Shown: positions 41,725-58,369, counted from the first letter of the stretch. The stretch is DNA of 64,000 bases from Chrysomallon squamiferum (GCA_012295275.1 CM022666.1:15500001-15564000), one strand, 5' to 3'. Made by a program: numbers and translations. The notes: generated by a model not told the origin, from the letters alone.

Positions 41725-42698
41725 TTTTAATTAAAAAAAATGTAAAAGATATTATAATTTATTTTTCTTTTTTTTTACGTAAGACATTTAACAAAGAAAC
41801 CACAAACACAATTTATCGTTGATTTCTTTTTTTTTTTCTTCTAAATGTTTAAAATTACAGTAATAAAGTTATGAAAATATCAGCTCAGATTTTTAATAAC
41901 ACTAAAATGTAATGAAATTAGGGATAATTATCGTCTGCCTCGGAACACCCAGGAATATTAATCTGTCAATGAAACGATGGCTCGTCTTGCTCACCAGTGA
42001 CGTCATCCCAGCGCGGAAATCAAATAAGGCCGACAACTCGTGGTTAATGTGCAAATTTGCGTCGAATTGGAGCTGCGCGCGCACTGAACGAGATGGGAAA
42101 TTAGCAGGTAATGACAGCCTCGACACTTCAGAAGTGTGACAAAGTTTTTCACGCAGTAAAGAATACGAGGAATGTTTTTTTTTTTTTTTTTTTTTTAATA
42201 AATCGCTCGACTGGGAGCTTTCCATTAGCGAGCTCAGCAGCGACGATCAGCGATAGACCGGGCACCCCGCTGTGCTGCGCCTGCCGAGTACCAGTCACTT
42301 CATCTGTCATTCCACTGACTCATTCTACTGCTGCTCAGTCTTTTTGTGTTTTTTTTTGTTTTTGTTTTTTGGACTCGTATATTGTTCTTTGTCTAACAGA
42401 TTTTGGCTTAAAACCGTAGCAGTTACCATCATCACCATCAACAACCACTGCCCATCTTCTTCATCGACATCGACATCATCATCATCTCGTCATTACTGTT
42501 TATACCAATGTCGTGCACGTCACAGCCAACGTCTATTTTAACAATTTCTGTGTGTGTCAGAGATTCCTGATCTAGTTCAGTGACATTTGCTCTTGTGTCT
42601 CTGAAGCTGCGTTTCATTCAAGCAAATTTTCTTGTCTGCAGTTCTATGTAATTTTAATTTATTTTGTAACAGGAACAAAATTTATATGTATATATGTA

Positions 42699-42750
<52 letters not shown>

Positions 42751-43541
42751 TCAAATAAAAAAAAAAAAATTAAAAATAAAAATAAAAATAACCTATTACA
42801 GGTGGAACTAGATTTCTCAAAACACAGTGATCTAAATCATCATCATTATTTTTGCTTTCATTTTCATCATAATCATTCTCATCACTATTTTCATTACTTA
42901 TTTATTTGTATACTTATTTATTTATTTATTTATTATATTTATTTATTTATTTATTTATTATATCTGCATCTTTATTTCAGTGAACAGGTTTTCTTTTCCC
43001 TCTTATTTTCACTTTCTAACTAATATTTACTCATTCATTTTCTCTCTCGACAGAGCGAAGAGCTCCCCAAATGAATAATTATTATTCCGAAACGTCTAAC
43101 GATAAAACATGATCACTGCATCTGTCTGTCTGTCGGTGCGTCTCTCTGTGATGCAAGCCATTACATGAAACGAGTGAGAGAGCGAGACAGGGTGATACAC
43201 AGGGGGGTTGGTGTAGATTACCCCCCAGCTGACGCACACGGCTTTCAAGCCTGAGAACGTCCTCCGTTCGTTCTCGGCTGCCTCTTAAATCGCGATCCCC
43301 TATCACATATTTTTCTATTGTAAGGCAAATGGCCGCTATTGCCAACTCAATTAACCCATCCTGTCTGTTGAGGATTTGCTATGATTAATCGATCATTTTC
43401 CATATTTGCAATTACCCCTCCCTATTGGCAATTTGTCAGTTTCAATCTGAACAGTTCTCGCAGATGGGGACGGCTCGGGTAGGATCGGCTTTCATCGTAA
43501 TTTACCGAATGTCCTGACGTCCGCCCTTGCAAAGCAGACGA

Positions 43542-43575
<34 letters not shown>

Positions 43576-44030
43576 AATGAAAACAAAACAAATCTTGAAG
43601 AAATGAAAAAAAAAAAAAAAGAAAGAAGAAAAACTCGAAGGTGTCAAAATCGCCTTCGGGCTAAGATTGCGAATAAGGGCAAGACAACAAAGTGTTAAAT
43701 GTAAAACATATAAATACATCATTTCCTATTCCACGCGTCAGAATTAAACTTCCCTTTCAGCCAATTTAACAGTTCATTTAACGCGATAATTCAAAAATAA
43801 GGCATGATGGGTAATTAACAAGACAACACAAAAATGGCGGTAATTTAAAATTCATTGATGTTAAAATTATACTGCAGAAGTATCATTTTACGATGTATGA
43901 ATAAAACAGTGTACAGTTGTTGGTGTTACAGTATTCATTGGCATTTACATGAAACTGACAAGAAGACAAATCAAAGAAGAAAAGGAAGCAAGAAAGAGAC
44001 AACCACAACCTATAAACCCACAAACTTAGT

Positions 44031-44086
<56 letters not shown>

Positions 44087-44280
44087 TAATGTTGGTAGCA
44101 GTAGTAGTTGAGGTTGTAGTAGTAGTAGGGAAGAGTGTTATAAATAATTATTTCAAAGAAAAAAAAATGCAAATATAATACTTGTACATATTATTCATAC
44201 CATACAATAACACTGATATATTTCATAATTATCTTCAATGGATTTACTACTACTATTACCACTAATACTAATACTAATAC

Positions 44281-44325
<45 letters not shown>

Positions 44326-44452
44326 CATTATTACTGTTTTCTTTTTGTTAATATTTTTATAATTGTTATCGTTTTAAAGTATGGCTTCATAATATCCTTT
44401 GAAAAGTGACTGGAAGAATCTCATATATATATATATATATATACATATATAT

Positions 44453-44576
<124 letters not shown>

Positions 44577-44947
44577 AAAAAAACATGCAAGAAACTCAAA
44601 ACCTTACAACCAACCTTATAGAAGAAGAAGAACAGCACAACAACAACAAAAACAAACACCCCCACACACACACACACACAACACAAAACAAACAATAAGC
44701 CGCAAAGCCTTCCATCTCATCACTACCTCACGATACACACAATGAGACAGAGCTAATTGACTAGGAAGGCAAATCAGTTATAAAGAGAAATAATTTAATT
44801 TCTAACTCCCCGCAGATGCGTGTACAAAAAAAAGTATAAGTAATGTGATAACGTTGTTGTTCAGTGACATGCTAGAACGATCGTTGATCATTTGAATCCA
44901 GCAGCCACATTTCATAATATCGTATCTATAAATAGATAGACAGTCAG

Positions 44948-44978
<31 letters not shown>

Positions 44979-45589
44979 CAGATATCCAGATAGGAAGAAA
45001 TAAAAATAAAAATTAAAATACACCTGAAAAAAAAAAAAAAATGTCGTCAAATTTAAAAATGTTTATAATCAAATTATAGGAAACAAAAAAAGCAACAAAA
45101 GAAATAAAACGAAAGAAAACAAAAGATACAGGTAGATAATATATGAAACTGGAGACACATTACATGTATTTTGTAATTATACTGGTAAGCGATATTGTAA
45201 ATGAACCACACAGCGATATTTATCTCAAAATAATTTTGACTTGTTTTTTCTTGTTTATAAACACTAAACCTGTAACTGGATTTTAAAAAAGATTATCATT
45301 AAAATTTCGTTTAATTTGTTTATGAACTATTGTACAAATAAAATTTTAAGTATTTAATTAGCAATATCTGTCTATCTATCTATCTATCTATCTGTATGTG
45401 TGTTTATGTGCGTGTGTGTGTGTATATATATATCTACTTATGCACACATGCAACCAAAAACATATAGACACAGATGTTCAACATTTATTACACACACACA
45501 CGTTAAAAAACTCAGTCAAATACATAATTATAGGTATAATTAGGTATAATTATATTCCTTCTGAAAAATTAATCATAAATGAAAAGTGG

Positions 45590-46180
45590 AGTCGTATACA
45601 TCGACGATTCTACATCTACCAAAACAATTTATCAGCCAACTACAACGACGTCGTCTGAGACGTCTCACATGGGGCAGCCGTCGCATCAGACGTATCAGTG
45701 GGACGTTACAGGTGTATTTTTACATACGTACTCGACGTATTAAAGTGACAACAAAGAGGTAGATGTGTACCAGTGTACGCACGTCTTTGAATACTTTTCT
45801 CGTCAGACACACGTATTGCAGTGAACAAACGCACAGATGTCTGAAGTAGGTAATCGTTGTGCTGCACATTTCACGAGAGGCTGATATTGTATTAGACGTA
45901 TTACAGGGACACGGTGTCTCATTTATACGTCGATTATTGGACAGACATCGTATTAGACGTATCAGTACGCAAATACGTCGTGTTACGGGACGTAAATCGT
46001 ATTAAATGCCTCACATGGGACAGATATCGCTTTAGACAGATTACAGTGAACACACGTATAGACTGATGTCTCACAGTGTACAATAATCTATCACACGACA
46101 ACATATGTGCGTACTGCAGTCAGGTTAGTCGTCGTACTGGACGTCTCAAGTGATTAGCACGTCGTGTCGGACGTCTCAAG
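45590..46180 (+). repeat. Old degenerate CpG-rich minisatellite (GACGT core)
   Basis: Repeated (g/a)tcgtattagacgt(a/c)tcacag(t/g)gaca-like units of roughly 25-30 nt. Confidence 0.6.
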
Positions 46181-47488
46181 GAAACATTTTAAGGGAGGAT
46201 GTGGGTTTGTCATCGGAAACCCTGCTGTCGCTGTCGCATGAACGCGAGAACTCGGGGAACAAGCCACGCCACATGCTGAGCGGATCTCGTTGACAAATTA
46301 TAGTTTAATATTTGTTATGATAACAAACCGACAAATCCATCAGTCTCTCTAACCATTCATTAAACTATCACTGGTGCAGAAACGCCAAAAAAAAAAAAAA
46401 AACCCTACACGACGTTCACCTTAGCTTGGTTGTTAGCTAGTGCACGTTCTACTGCTCACAACCGCATCGACGTGAAAGCAAGAGGCTACATGAACATCTA
46501 CGACTGGGTGACAGTCGCTGCAGTGCGCGGAGTAAAACATTGTTATTAAAGCGACGAAGAACAAGCGACTGACAAGCACACTCTTTTTGGAACTTGCCGT
46601 CCGATAGACTCGGGTCGCCAGCAAAACTAGATTGGTTCTTGTCACTTGAACAAAGACTTCAAATAAGTCTTACCCAGGTGTCAGAGCGCTTCTCTTTCAA
46701 CGTGTATCTGTTTTCACCACACCTGGAGCTCTCAGCCAGGACTAGGGCATAACAGGTGAAAAACAAGAACATCAAAACACACCAAAAAAACCCCAAGTCT
46801 TCAGTCATCATCGAAAATAACCTTTCTGGAAATCTTTATTTAGGGTTGAAAATACAAGATCATAAATTTTCCTGTCCTGGTTTCCCCCTGAACAACGTGA
46901 TCAAAGGCAATATTTCATTCCCGAAATGAAGTTAAAAAAAGAAAAGAAAGAAAGAAGAAAAAAAAAAGTAAAAAAAGAACAGCGAAAAAAAAAAGAGGAC
47001 AAGACGTTCAAATAGAGTTTTAGAAATTTGAATATAGTTTATAAAAATGTAACCAAACTGAATTTACAGTGTTACTTACTGAAGTAACGGTTGTGGTTTT
47101 TTTTAAGTCGATAACATCATACTGCAGTAGACGAACATTTAATATTAAAGAAATATTTTTAATTTTTATTTACACAGAACACGAACTGGTCCAGTTGTAG
47201 AACTTGTTGTCTTCTGTAACAAGTATGTCGTTCTTTCACTCATTTCTGTAAAGTGTGTGTATAATGTATGAGCGCGTATGCACCAGTGTTTAATGCATAC
47301 AGGTATGTGTATACGTCTATTATTTATTTTTAATTGTTTATTTAGTTATATACTTATTTTATTTTATTTCTCAGTATATATTATTATTTCTCTTTATTTA
47401 TTTATTTATTATTTTTTTTTTTTTATTAATTTTTTTATTGTTATTGTGACTGTTGTTGTTTTTATTATTATTATTAATATTATTTTTA

Positions 47489-47563
<75 letters not shown>

Positions 47564-47693
47564 GTAGTAGAAGTAATAGTAGTAGTAGTAGTTGTAGCAA
47601 CAGTATTACTATTAGATAAATATAATATATAATGTTAAGAAAAAATGTTCAAAACCAACAAACAAGAACATAAATAAAACAAATAATAAAAAA

Positions 47694-47761
<68 letters not shown>

Positions 47762-48039
47762 AATATTTAATTAAAAGTCAAATATTGTAGAATTTGATTT
47801 AACACAGATAATAAATAAAATTTTACAATGAATATTTTTACCCACATATACTTATTTGGGAAAAGATGTTTATTATTATGAAAATGATGTTCAGAAGTTA
47901 ATATTAGCTTAAATATATAAATACTATCACATATTATTATTAACACATAGACTCAGTTCTGTTAAAATTACTGCTTTTATTGCAATAAATATTATTTAAT
48001 TTATAATCCGCGAGTCTGTATATCTTATATACCTAATGA

Positions 48040-48116
<77 letters not shown>

Positions 48117-48435
48117 TAATAATAATAATAATATAATAAAAATAATAATAATAATAATATTAATAATAAAAATCACAACAACAATAACAGCAGGAACAAA
48201 AACAACAATAAGAATAATAATGATCAGAATAATTTTGCTATCTTTAAATAAATCTATCTCTCTTTCAATAAGTTAATCTTTCTATCGATCTATCAGTTCA
48301 TATGTCTTTTTGTCTGTCTTTCTCTCTATCTATCTACCTGCATACCTACCAACCTACCTACCTATCTACCTACCTACCTATCTCTCTGTTTATCTATCCG
48401 TCCGTATTCTTAGTTATATCCATATCTATCTATGT

Positions 48436-48530
<95 letters not shown>

Positions 48531-50964
48531 AATCAGTTTGTTATATCATATCACCAGTGACAATAAAAGTTTTTAAGAACTACTCATATTAAATGAAGAA
48601 CATTTTCGCTTTCTTATCATTTTAAGAATTTTTAAACTACAAAAAATAAATTTAAAAGAAATTATTAGTATTAAACAAAAAATAATAAAATAACATTATT
48701 TGTTTTTTAAATAGTTTTATATTTTATAAATGTTTATATTTTATTTGCAAAATTGAATGTATATATACATATGAATTAATTAATGTAAAGAAATTACCAG
48801 GTATTTTAATTATAATTCGTTGGGAATTAATAAAAACTACCCCAACATTTAACCATATCTCTTAATTAATTGAAAACATCAGTTTTTTTATTTATAAAAT
48901 TATGCATTTTATAAATATATGTTTTATTTTATTATTTTATTTATGCTGTTTATTTTTTTGATAATGCCAGCTCAACAAATACCGCACTAATTAATTAAAA
49001 TTAAATAAAACCTGTTTATTTTGTAAATTATAAATTAATGTTTATTTCATTGTGTGTTTATTTCATGTGCAGATATTATATCTTTCACATTCACTATTAC
49101 TTTAACTATATCTTTTACATACAAAGATATTTTTAAAATCTCTGTGATAGCAGAAATGGTGTTTGTCCATTTCATACATTAAAAAATGTAATTCATTCGA
49201 CTATTTCATATTTTAAAAAATATTTTAAAAATCGGTTCCACACAGAACATTTTATTATGAATATCTACATCAGAAATACGATTGTATTTTAAATGTTTGT
49301 TTCGCATATGCAATATTATTTTACATGTTTAATTCTTTTTGCTTATTTCTGTGACTGTCTATTTTATATTTATGAATTATTCAGCAATATTGTTAATTTT
49401 ATATTCATAGATTATTGTAAAATATTTTACATGATTATTTACTATAGGATATATTCTATTCATAAACAAGCAATATTGTAGACTATTTTATACTTATAAA
49501 TTATTGACAATATTTTCTATTTTATAATTACGGATCTACCAAATATTAGCCCTTTTTTACTTATGAATTATTTTGTCTATGCTGTACATTTTATACTTAT
49601 CAATTACTGTATAATATTGTGTATTTTATATTAATAAATTATTATACAGTATTCAAAACACTATTAATTATATAACAATATTTCTTTTTTTTTTACTTAC
49701 GAATTATTGTATAATGCTGTATATTTTGTACATATAATCGTTTACTCTCTGTGTGATATTCATGCATTTAAGAATGGCTATATTTTGTTTAATTATAAAA
49801 TAAATATTTATATGCAGTTTGAACATTAGTAAGTAATCTACATATTTATACAAATTGTTCTTCTTACGTAATTACGAATTTTACGTGATTATTTTATACA
49901 TAACATAGATCAAATATTTAACTGATACGACCAATCTTATTTAAATAAATAAATAAATAAATAAATAAACAAACAGACATATAAATAAAAAGACAAACAA
50001 ATAAACAAACAAATAAATGAATGAATGAATGAATAAATAAATAAACAAACAAACAAATAAATAAATAAACAAATAAAGAAACAAATAAATAAATAAGTAA
50101 ATAAGTAAGTAAGTAAATAAAATGTAACTATTTCGGAAGATTCTAAAATATATTTGTAATATAAATGGCAATTTAATATAATTATTATATACATTTCTTC
50201 TTTAATGTGTACGTTTTTCAGCTAATTAATTCTATTCGTTTTATTGTATTTACTTTCTATTTATCTTTTTTTTTTATTTTTTTTATTTATTTTTTTTTTG
50301 ATATGTACATTGTGTAATGTGTTTTATGCATATTCATTACATGCGTATACATTATTTATTGTTTTTCATCGTTTTTTTAGGATATTACATTACAAGCTAC
50401 GTATATTACTTGCTGTAGGTAACAATGCTTTCACATTGTGAACATTTTACAGGACTCTGCAGCATACATTTTAAATTATTTTAAATTATTCAGTCGAAAT
50501 GCTACACTCGCAGTTTACAATATTTTCTAGGTATAAACCGCATTACATTACTGAATCACGTTAACATGAAGTAGAATTTAAAAGTCTGTTTGTTTTAAAG
50601 TGATAAATTGTTTTGCATGATTATCCCATCTATTTTATAGAAATTTTCGTTTTAATAGATATAAAATTATTTTAAATTATTGTCCAAATTATTGTCCATT
50701 GTTAAAATGCATTTAAAAACCTGTTTATTTTGTAAATTATAAATTATTACAGGAGAATCTCTGAATAACAAATATACTTACTTCTCAATATATCTATTTT
50801 ATAGGTATCAAATATTTTACAGAAAAAATTATAATTATAATTACTTTATGAAATATATTTATTGTGCAGTAATACATTATTCTAAATTATTGCTGAAATG
50901 AAGTAATATTATACAATCTATTTTAATAGGTATAATTTATTTTACAAACTGGAGGTTAATTTTT

Positions 50965-50995
<31 letters not shown>

Positions 50996-52131
50996 TTTTT
51001 ATTTTTATATATATTTTTTTTTGCTCTTTCGCGAAAACGACGAAACTAAAGCCTCAAACAGTGGAACGTTCACATCTCCATCATTAATCATTCTGCCGCT
51101 TCGCCAGCATCAAAGACGCCGACGACGTTAAGACGGTGGTAGTAAAGTCATCTCTAACATAATTGTTAGCAACTTACACTCGATAAAGCCGAGATGAGAG
51201 CGCGCTGAAAAAGACAGTAATATTAACGAGAATTAAATTATGTGTTAATACCTCATCGCCTCTCAACTATCTCTGCCCTTTCTCCGCCCCCCCGGTCCGC
51301 TTCCAGATCTGACCCTAGCGTCGTCTTCTTCAGCCCCCCCCACCCACTACAAAACAAAAAACAAATAAGGTGTCGTAAGTGAACGCGCTATTAACCGCAG
51401 GTGAAAACAGGTGAAAAACCCTTCTCTTTGAAGTTGCCAGCTTTGGCCGATTACCGTGTAAATTCTTTAATCTTTTATTGACTTGCAGTTTACAAGGTCG
51501 GTATCTCTTCAACTCGTCAACCCCTCTTGACGTAAGTGTTTATTGACGGACAATAAACGTTGTCGCAAGGGTCATCGAAGAGATAACAATAATTTCAGTA
51601 AAATTACAAGGCCGCAGATTGCTAATTTATCATGCTGTGTCGTTCTGTGGGTTTTTTAGGATGGGAAGATTTTTGCAACTTATTATTAAAAAAAAAAAAC
51701 CTAAAAAATGTAGAAAAATGAAGAAGAAAATAAATATATGTATGGACAGAAAGATAGCTATATCTAAATCTTAGATTGATTAAATATATAGATAGATATA
51801 TATAGCGAGAGAGACAAAGACAGATATACAGATATAGGGAAGGACAGATAGACTGACAGACAAACATATATACAGACACATATAGATAGATAGGTAACAG
51901 ACAGACATAAAGCCAGAGAAACAGACAGATAGACAGACATTTAGATAAATAGCAGACAGACAGACAGACAAATACATAGAGAGACAGATGGATAGATAGA
52001 CAGACAGACAGGTAAATCTCAGATTTATTACCATTAATAAAATATAAAAATTACAACTTTTTTGTTGTTCTGTCATTGTTATATGATAATAATTTGTAAT
52101 TTCTCTGTATATTCATCCACTTGCTCCGTTA

Positions 52132-52225
<94 letters not shown>

Positions 52226-52343
52226 GTCAGTCTGTCTCTATCTCTAGTAAGCTACATACCTTTCTCATTAAACTGTCTTATAAACAAGTGTTTCTACATC
52301 TTACAAAGCAAACGGATATAAATTAACCATGGAATTTTGAAAG

Positions 52344-52400
<57 letters not shown>

Positions 52401-52432
52401 CATTAAACCGCTAAATTAATACTAAAGGAAAG

Positions 52433-52469
<37 letters not shown>

Positions 52470-52634
52470 CTTTTACTATGTTTCTTTTCTGGGGGTATTA
52501 TGACGTAATAATAAAGTGACGTAATTATATTATTATTTTTCTTTTTAAAACAGTGACGTCAGCTGCAAAGAGGTATGACCGAGAGTATGTTCTACTTTGT
52601 TCGTTTGTATAATGTATAATTAATTAATTAATTA

Positions 52635-52690
<56 letters not shown>

Positions 52691-53384
52691 AATTATTGTT
52701 TTTGTTGTTGTTGTTGTTGTTGTTATTATTAACATTGATAATGAAAAGTTACTTATTCCTAAAAACCAGACGACTATTTTTTCTTTATAATACGACGAAG
52801 AAGCAGAAGCAGATTTTTAAACGTAATGAAAATAAAAACACCATTCCGCCACACCCAACACCCCAAATATGATAACGAGGCAGAAAAATCATAATTTTTT
52901 TTTTTTTTTAATTTTTTTTTCTATGTCGTTTATTTTTTTTTATATTATACTGTTTTTTATATCATTGTTTGTTCGTTTGTTTATTTATTTATATCAGTTA
53001 CGAAGGTCAGTTAAGTGTAAAGTATTTATTAAATATTATTATTATTATTTAAAAAAGCTTCTTAATATATTATACTATTAAATTAATTTTATTAATAAAA
53101 AAAATTTCGCGAAATTATTGTCCAGTATAAATTCATTAGGCGAAAGTTATTTGATTTTTTTTTTTTCGTTTTTGAAAAAAACTCGTTTTTAAATGAATTT
53201 TAACGGTAGTGTAATTTGATTAAAAAAAAAAAAATGTCATATACATCATCATCATCGTCATCATTATCATTATGATTATTATTTTCGACAGCAATTAACA
53301 TTATTTTATTCATTGATGTTTTAATATAAAGTAATACGTTGTCATTAATTTAATATCAGTTGAAATGGTACAAATAAAAAAAGA

Positions 53385-53461
<77 letters not shown>

Positions 53462-53552
53462 ATAAATAAATAAATAAGTAAATCTCAGACATTTGCATCA
53501 TCGTCTTTAAAATCATCCCATGATGTTTTTTTTTTTTGAACCTATCTATAAC

Positions 53553-53639
<87 letters not shown>

Positions 53640-56600
53640 CCAGATAGATAGATGGATAGATAGAGAAAATTAATTGACATCATCATCAACAACAGCAACA
53701 GGGTTATCTTCACATAATTTTTCTGTTTGAACAATCAGTGATTTTATATTTATAGATTTTATTCCAGTATTCTATTTTATTTAATTATTTATCTTTTTAC
53801 GTTATTTTGTTACAATTCAGGTCATTTAATTTATTATTTTTAGAGAGTTTTAATTTAACAGTTTTTTGTTTATTTTATCATTTACAGTATTTATCACTTC
53901 TTGATTATTTTTGAATTTCATATTTAATTCATTTTAGTTCTTTTGTTTCTTATTTATTCTAAATTAATTTAATCTGATCTGTTCGTGTTTATTTTATTCT
54001 TATTTCTCATTTAAGTTATTATTTTTCGTCATCTATAATTTACAGTAATTTAACAAAACATCTTGTAAAATATTTCAAAGATTTTATGGCACCGTTTTCG
54101 CTCTCTCACTCTAAATACGTTACATACAAATAATTTGTTAAGTTTATACTTGAACGATTCCAGACGTGTATTTCGAAGAAGCAAATCCACAGTGAACTGA
54201 AATGTTTAAATCATAATTAAAAATAAAACAAGTAAACTGCTATGTGCTTTGATAAAGAAAGTAGCACATATTATCTGATTAAAAATACAGTTATTAAGAA
54301 ACAAATGTGGTTTCTACAATGGTAAATGATTTTACAGCGTATCTCTGTTAGTTTGACTATTTGTCTGTCTGTATATTTGTATCTATGAGTGTGTATGGAT
54401 ATACATATATATATATATATTTATTTATTTATTTATTTATATGTGTCTGGAAATCGCTGTAAATAAATGCTCAAACATACATAATGTTTTTATCTGACTG
54501 TCTGTCTGTCTGAAGATATATGAATATGTCTCTGCATGTATGTATATACTTAAATATGTAAGTAAGTAAGTAAGTAAGTATTATGCATATATGTATGTAT
54601 ATCCCTACATACATGTAATTGATTATACGTGTTGGTGAATGGATGTGTATATATGTTTATCTGTGTTTGTATGTATGGACGTATAGATGTGTGTGGGCAT
54701 GACTAGATGTATACATTCGTGAAGCAAGTTAAACAAATAAAACACTGAAGACGAACACAATACACAGTTAAAGAGAGTCGCTCCGAATGAATTAAAGACA
54801 CGCGCTCGTCTTTTTCTCTCTCTGTGAAATAAGTGAATTATAACACTGAATTATAACACTGAATAACTCCAGTAGGTCACTCTGCTTTCATTCCGCCTGG
54901 GGGAGAGAAACCTTTGCGAAGAATGTTTTTTTTAAACAAGGGAGAATTCCGATCGGAATAGAAGGTAACGCGATATAGCGTCGAATTCGAAAAGACTACG
55001 TAAATATTTTGCCTCTTTGGGAAGAACGACGACGTGAATGGCCAGTAGCCGGTTTCCGTTTCACGTTACAGAAAATTCATTTTTCACCACAGTGAACAGG
55101 GAGTCAAAATGCCGGCAGCCAGCGAGGAGAATGTTTGTTCTTTTACACGCTTCGCCACGTCTTAAAGCAGCGATTCCCCGGTTGCTGCCGAAGCAATAGA
55201 CGATAATAGCTGTGCGAACTGTTGCAAAAACAAGAGATAATGAAAACGAAGCCACGCCCCAGATATCCCCAGCGAAAATAAACGTCCCGTTTCTCGGGCT
55301 CTTTAGTATCCCAGCAGACACACAACATCGCTGTCTTACATCACTGTCCACATTCCCAGTTTGATACATTCTCGTCAAATCGACATAAATCCACGCTAAA
55401 AATGCGCAATGCCTGTTTAACGAAAGGAAAATAACGCCCAGTGAATTAACTCTGTATCTCGGTTTATTTGAAGTATCCATCCTGTTTTATACAGGTATTA
55501 GACAGACCCGTTCACGCACCTGCAGACAGACAATTTAGATTATAAGCAGCTAAAATAGGGAATTTAAAAAAAAAGAATGTTGCCGAAAAGAAATTCTATC
55601 TTAATAAAACATTAACTGAAAAGTGACGTGAATTCTTCGTCTTTCCTACCCTGTATTTTTCACTCTGGTTGTACTAGCAATGTTTAATATTAAACGTATG
55701 CAATATATTTATGTATTAAACCTATTCAGTATTTATTAATATTTAACACTGATGGTATACAAATACAAATTATGTGATCCTTACATATTTTGTTCAGCAA
55801 TTTCGATTTAAATTCTGATTATATATTTGTTCCCTTTCCTTAATATCGACAACAACAATAAAACCATCACCACAATAAAACGTTAGCAATAATTGATATG
55901 ATAATGATTATAACAACAACAATAACACCTACACCATTGCGACCATAAACCAACAACAACCAAATTAAAAATAAAATATAAATAAAGAAAGAAAGAAAGA
56001 AAGAAAGACAGTTTACAACACAATGGAATAAATTTATAATAATGGAATTATCAGCTTCTGAATTTCCAGATTACGAATTTATTCTTGTAACTGAATCCAA
56101 CCGTTACGACTGTTAACAAAATGTTGCAGGCCGCAATGAAGTTAGACTTGATTTAAAATTCGAAATTTGCCACTGAGAGAGTTATTTTTACGAGAGAGAG
56201 ATATTCTTCCTCATTATTTATAACGTTCTGATAACAAAAACGATGGACATATATCACAAAAATATGCTTAGTTATGGAGACGAAGGTTTCGGAGGAATGC
56301 TGGGCATCTAGGCTTGTTTCACTGATGCATTCGATTATTGTTATCGAGACCTCTCCGGGGACGCATGCGCCGTTACACTAATTGTGTTTATAACCGGCCA
56401 ACCGGGAGTTTTGTTTCGAACGCAGAAGAATTTCAAGCGCTCCGCGTTGTTTTAGGAGTCGTATACGAGCTGGTTGATGGTTTATTTATTGTGAGAAACT
56501 TACAGACAAATAGTTATGTGTGTTTTCATTTCTTTTTCATTGGAAGAGTATTCGACACAGACTAGCAGGCCAAAAAAAAATCAAATAAAATAAGTCTTAT

Positions 56601-57194
56601 TAAAAACATTAAACAGGAAACATTAAAAGAAAAAGGAAGAAAAAAAAATGGAACAGGAAGGAAATAAAATAAAACCCCAAATACTACGGATATTATGTTC
56701 ATTGTGTGTATGTCTGTATGTCTGTATGTATGTGTCAATCACAGATCAATCCATACATCCGTCTGTCCACCTATGTATCTCTCTCTCTTTCTCTTTCTCT
56801 TTTTTTTTCTTCTCTTTCTAACTATCCTTCCATCCATCCTTACATTCTCTTTATCTTTGCCTGTCAACTGATGAAACTATATACATATTAACTTCCTTCA
56901 AAACTACTTTCTATTTAACCAACAACATGCCTCTCCATCCGTCTGTACATTCGTTTGTGTGTCTGAATCTACAGCTAAACATAGCCGCATGTGTGGACAC
57001 AGATAGTATTTAATAGATATCTTTACTCCATACAGCGTGATTTACGTGTCCTTCTTTCTCATTTATTTTGGTTTGAGAAGAAATAACGAGAGGGCGTGGT
57101 TTGAATACTGAATTCGTTATCATATATCCCAGACACAATAATGTATGACGTCACAGTCCCTCCCACCTCTTCATTGTTACCTTTATTATTTAAG

Positions 57195-57230
<36 letters not shown>

Positions 57231-57782
57231 ATCTTATGCTTGGTTGGAATAATCTCCGTGACCATACACAGTCTATGAGAGAAGCTTAAATTCACAGAAT
57301 TGTCTGAGTTTTGTTGAAACAACATCAGAGATCATACACTGTCCATAAAGCATCCTAAGTTCACAGAACTGCCTATGTTTGGGATAAACTGAGATGAGAC
57401 ATGTTAAGATAACAGCACTGTCTATGCTACCTTTGAACCGAGAAAACCGAGCTACTGAAGTCTCATTTATAAGTAAAATGTCATAAGTATAGCGACTCAC
57501 TTCAGAGAATTGTCTGTGTTATATGAATGTATACTGCATACAACCAGTGTTAAATCTACTCCTGCTCCCCTACGTCAAATATCATCTGTATCTCCTGTTA
57601 CTCAGCAATGATATAACATATCTGTGTTACTACTCGTATACGCAGTGTGATATATCAGTTATTACTCATGCACACCTACAATAATTATATGTTATGATTC
57701 ACGTATTCGGTATTACATAAAATTCGAATTGTTATTTTGATACGTCTACAGTGTGTTGTGAAACATTGTTATAACCGAACAT

Positions 57783-57890
57783 CTGACGTCATGATCAGTG
57801 TATCAGGGTCGACTCACTGACGTCATAATCACAGTGTATCAAGATCGCTCAATGACGTCATAACCACAGTGTATCAGGATTGCCTCACTC
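57783..57890 (+). repeat. Three-copy 34-35-bp repeat, each copy with a perfect CRE palindrome
   Basis: TGACGTCA at 57784, 57818 and 57853, each followed by ...cagtgtatca. Confidence 0.9.
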
Positions 57891-58310
57891 TGTCTCGGTA
57901 ATTAACGCCAGTACTAAAACCTGACACGAGTGTGTGACAGTATCCGTGTCACAGTTTCCTTTAGCTTGAACAGTGTGTTACGTATATTAGTGCTGAATTA
58001 CAACACGTCTGCTCTGTGATGTTATTTCAGTTTCATCATAAGTCGATGACAAACTTTATTTCAGTTTGTCATATATATAAGTATATAATATATATATATG
58101 AATTTGTATGAATTTGTGTATGTACCTAGTTATGAATCTCTGTTTTTATATATATGTATGTGCGTTTATGTTTGACTGTATGTATGTTTGTACGAGTAAA
58201 AAAAATAACTCTTGCAAAAGAAGATTAGAAACAAACAAAAACAACAATGAAACACAAACCAACCAAAATAAAATAAACAAAGAAACACACATGTATACAC
58301 ACACAAATAA

Positions 58311-58369
<59 letters not shown>

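Noticed and set aside
54640-54722. miR-279-family-like TGACTAGATG with a loosely complementary upstream arm
   Set aside because: Only the seed matches, pairing is weak, the loop is ~40 nt and the site lies in GT/AT low-complexity sequence.
55061-55480. 139-aa minus-strand ORF
   Set aside because: No homology recognised and no exon-like boundaries.
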